This document shows, piece after piece, positions 61,642 through 64,000 of a stretch of DNA of 64,000 nt; the first letter of the stretch is position 1, and each line of letters begins with the position of its first letter. The stretch is from a virus. The translations under genes were made by a program, and so were the position numbers. Under the pieces are notes generated by a model. That model saw only the letters and a program-made list of their open reading frames with translations, was not told the DNA's origin and searched no databases. The stretch is from positions 5,379-69,378 of the IMG/VR virus record IMGVR_UViG_3300007554_000005, one strand, 5' to 3'.

Positions 61642-62733
61642 ATTAGTTCAGTAGCAGTAATTGGCCAGGGGTACGTTGGTAGAGAGATTTCTTTAGCAGC
61701 AGTTGCCTCTGGTCATTCTGTTATCGGGATTGATACTTCACAGGCGGTATTAGATTCGGTATCTGAGTACAAGACTAGTACCCTGTATGATGACATATCT
61801 CAATCCGACATAGTTCTAATCTGCACGCCAACCCCAGCAGACGGACACCTTGGCATATCTGATGCAATATATCGTGTAATGCAGCACATTAAGGCTGGTG
61901 CATTGCTATGTATAGAGTCTACAGTTTCTATTGGTTTTACCTCCTTGGTAGCCGAAGAGTATAAGGATCGTAATGTATTCGTAGCTTACTCACCAGAGAG
62001 AATTGATCCAGGCAACTCTAGTTATACTATTACAAACACTCCAAAGATTGTGTCGGGCATTGGGCCAACGGCTGCTGCAATTGCAACAGAGTTTTACTCT
62101 TCAATGTGCGAAGAGGTTATTACAGCTAATTTACCAGAAGAAGCCGAAGCAGCTAAACTTTTAGAGAACTCATTTAGACTACTTAACATTTCTTTTGTAA
62201 ATGAAATGAGCAAGTTCCTGTATAGATCTGGCGTGAAGGCTTCTAATGTTATAGAGCTGGCATCCACTAAGCCATATGGTTTTATGCCATTTAAGCCTGG
62301 ACTTGGCGTGGGAGGTCACTGTATACCCGTAGACCCACAATTCCTGATTGACAGTGCAAATAGATTAGGGCTACCTATAAAGACGTTAGAAGCAGCTCTG
62401 ATGGCTAATGCAGACGGTATACAGTTTATACATGAGCTGGCTATGCGTAAGCTGGGCAATCTAAGCGGTAAAAAGATTTTGGTGGTTGGCATAACATATA
62501 AGGCTGACACTGCCGATGTAAGGGAGTCAAAGGCATTGGAGTTAATCGCAATGCTTAGAGATTCTGGTGCTTCAGTGGACTGGCATGACGATGTTATAAA
62601 ACGGTACGGTGACGAGACATCAAGGGCATTGACAGATGGATACGACCTTGCTATAATTGTGAACAGACATAAAACTTTAGAGCAGAGTCTGCTGCCAAAG
62701 ATTCCTACGATAGATTGTGAAAGGCTGTATTGA
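61642..62733 (+). CDS. UDP-sugar (UDP-glucose/UDP-N-acetylhexosamine) 6-dehydrogenase; apparent ATT start
   Basis: VAVIGQGYVG and ICTPTP lie upstream of first ATG (61879); ESTV, SPERIDPG, KLLENSFR, GGHCIPVDP. Confidence 0.88.
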   Translation: MSSVAVIGQGYVGREISLAAVASGHSVIGIDTSQAVLDSVSEYKTSTLYDDISQSDIVLICTPTPADGHLGISDAIYRVMQHIKAGALLCIESTVSIGFTSLVAEEYKDRNVFVAYSPERIDPGNSSYTITNTPKIVSGIGPTAAAIATEFYSSMCEEVITANLPEEAEAAKLLENSFRLLNISFVNEMSKFLYRSGVKASNVIELASTKPYGFMPFKPGLGVGGHCIPVDPQFLIDSANRLGLPIKTLEAALMANADGIQFIHELAMRKLGNLSGKKILVVGITYKADTADVRESKALELIAMLRDSGASVDWHDDVIKRYGDETSRALTDGYDLAIIVNRHKTLEQSLLPKIPTIDCERLY

Positions 62734-63677
62734 GATATTTAGTAACTGGTGGTGCTGGGTTTATAGGATCTCATCTGTCTAACCTGTTGGTAGAGGAGGG
62801 GCATGAGGTAGTCGTTGTAGATGACATGTCTACTGGTAAGGTAGACAATCTGTTATCTGCTGGTGTTAGGCTGGTTCCAATGAACATGGCTAACTACGAA
62901 GCTATGATAGTTGAGGCACAACATGCTGACTGGATAATTCACTTGGCTGCAACTGTTGGAGTTAAAAATACAATGGACAAGACTCCACAGCTTATTAATA
63001 ATAATATTAATAATACAGACACGATGTTTCGTGTCGCTGCCATGTTGGATAAGCCAATCTTTTTTGCATCCACATCTGAGGCATATGGTACAAGCCCAGA
63101 AGTGCCATTTAAAGAGACTACAGCCAGCGTATTTGGATCACCAGATGTAATTAGATGGTCGTATGGACAGTCTAAAGCTATTGGGGAGGCCCTTGCAAAC
63201 TTTTATCAAAAAGATAGGGGCCTAAGATTTGTTACTGGAAGAATTTTTAATTCTGTTGGTCCAAGGCAGTCTGGGGAATACGGAATGGTCCTTCCTAGAT
63301 TTGTAAAGGCTGCCGTGGAGAATAAGCCTTTGTCAGTATATGGCTCTGGGCTTCAGACTAGATCTTTCTGCCATGTTTTAGACACAGTGAGGGCTATCTA
63401 TATGCTCACACAGTCTGGCAGGTTTGGTGAGGCATACAACATTGGCGGTAGCAAAGAAGTGTCAATCCTCTCCCTTGCAGACACCGTGATTAGGCAGACA
63501 AGATCAATGTCAACTGTTTCTATGATAGATTACGATACCGCCTATGGTCCTGGATACGAAGACACCGACAGAAGAGTTGCAGATACTAAAAAGATAACTA
63601 ATGATACTGGGTGGGAGCCACAGTATTCTTTAGAGCAAATAATAAATGATATAGCTAAGGAATATAATGGAGATTAA
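62730..63677 (+). CDS. NAD-dependent nucleotide-sugar epimerase/dehydratase/decarboxylase
   Basis: TGGAGFIGSH, ASTSEAYG, YGQSK, GSGLQTRSFCHV. Confidence 0.92.
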   Translation: MRYLVTGGAGFIGSHLSNLLVEEGHEVVVVDDMSTGKVDNLLSAGVRLVPMNMANYEAMIVEAQHADWIIHLAATVGVKNTMDKTPQLINNNINNTDTMFRVAAMLDKPIFFASTSEAYGTSPEVPFKETTASVFGSPDVIRWSYGQSKAIGEALANFYQKDRGLRFVTGRIFNSVGPRQSGEYGMVLPRFVKAAVENKPLSVYGSGLQTRSFCHVLDTVRAIYMLTQSGRFGEAYNIGGSKEVSILSLADTVIRQTRSMSTVSMIDYDTAYGPGYEDTDRRVADTKKITNDTGWEPQYSLEQIINDIAKEYNGD

Positions 63678-63954
63678 AGACTTCGAGGCCATGGCACAGA
63701 AGTACTATAGTGAAGCAAAAGATGTACTAGTTAAGAAGCAGATGGACTATGGTCCAAAAAACATTGCCTTTAGTCCAGGCGGCCCAGTAAATGGGTTGCG
63801 TGTACGAATGCACGATAAGCTTTCTAGGATTAATAACCTTGTTGATTCTGGAGCTACACCAGAAAACGAAAGCCTAAGAGATAGCTTTCTAGATATGATG
63901 AACTACAGTGCCATTGGATTGATGGTGCTAGATGGAGATTGGCCAAACGAATGA
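63667..63954 (+). CDS. DUF1599/Nmad1-like (MazG-like) nucleotide-modification-associated protein
   Basis: KQMDYG..RMHDKLSR..ESLRDSFLDMMNY. Confidence 0.7.
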   Translation: MEIKDFEAMAQKYYSEAKDVLVKKQMDYGPKNIAFSPGGPVNGLRVRMHDKLSRINNLVDSGATPENESLRDSFLDMMNYSAIGLMVLDGDWPNE

Positions 63955-64000
63955 CAACTTATATTAGAACTACACCAGATCCAGTAAGTGTGCTTGATGA
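63951..64000 (+). CDS. start of next gene, truncated
   Basis: ATGA overlap; MTTYIRTTPDPVSVLD. Confidence 0.45.
   Translation, partial: MTTYIRTTPDPVSVLD

Noticed and set aside
63951-64000. Truncated ORF as possible ThyX start
   Set aside because: Only 16 codons are visible, too few to call

Overview
This 64-kb window is part of a large tailed (sipho-type) dsDNA phage of Actinobacteria; WhiB, the class Ib nrdIEF/nrdH genes and leaderless genes point to that host group. The layout resembles large freshwater or Streptomyces-type actinophages. Almost every gene is on the + strand. Order: tail module (1-17066: major tail, two paralogous tail chaperones, 2448-aa tape measure, minor tail proteins); replication/recombination/packaging (17076-36146: HTH, DnaB, primase, SSB, DnaE, RecA, resolvases, Cas4-like nuclease, terminase, nrdIEF); then an accessory region (36256-64000). 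The accessory region holds 3 tRNAs, an M23-LysM endolysin, SNase, WhiB and Hsp20. It also carries most of a rich modification toolkit: GT60- and GT61-like glycosyltransferases, 2 SGNH-like proteins, 2 carbamoyltransferases, a kinase, a nucleotidyltransferase, a PIG-L deacetylase, a UDP-sugar dehydrogenase and epimerase, and five of the window's seven 2OG-Fe(II) oxygenase-like genes. Main observations: (1) an 84-nt four-way-junction ncRNA with its own promoter; (2) a prolyl-hydroxylase/GT60 gene pair resembling the eukaryotic Skp1 hydroxyproline-glycosylation pathway; (3) tail chaperones made by gene duplication rather than frameshifting; (4) a ROSE-like RNA thermometer on hsp20; (5) apparent complete avoidance of GCGC and CCGG; (6) a recurrent TATAAT-N6-ATG leaderless architecture; (7) an apparent ATT start codon. 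All family calls come from motif recognition by eye, not database searches.
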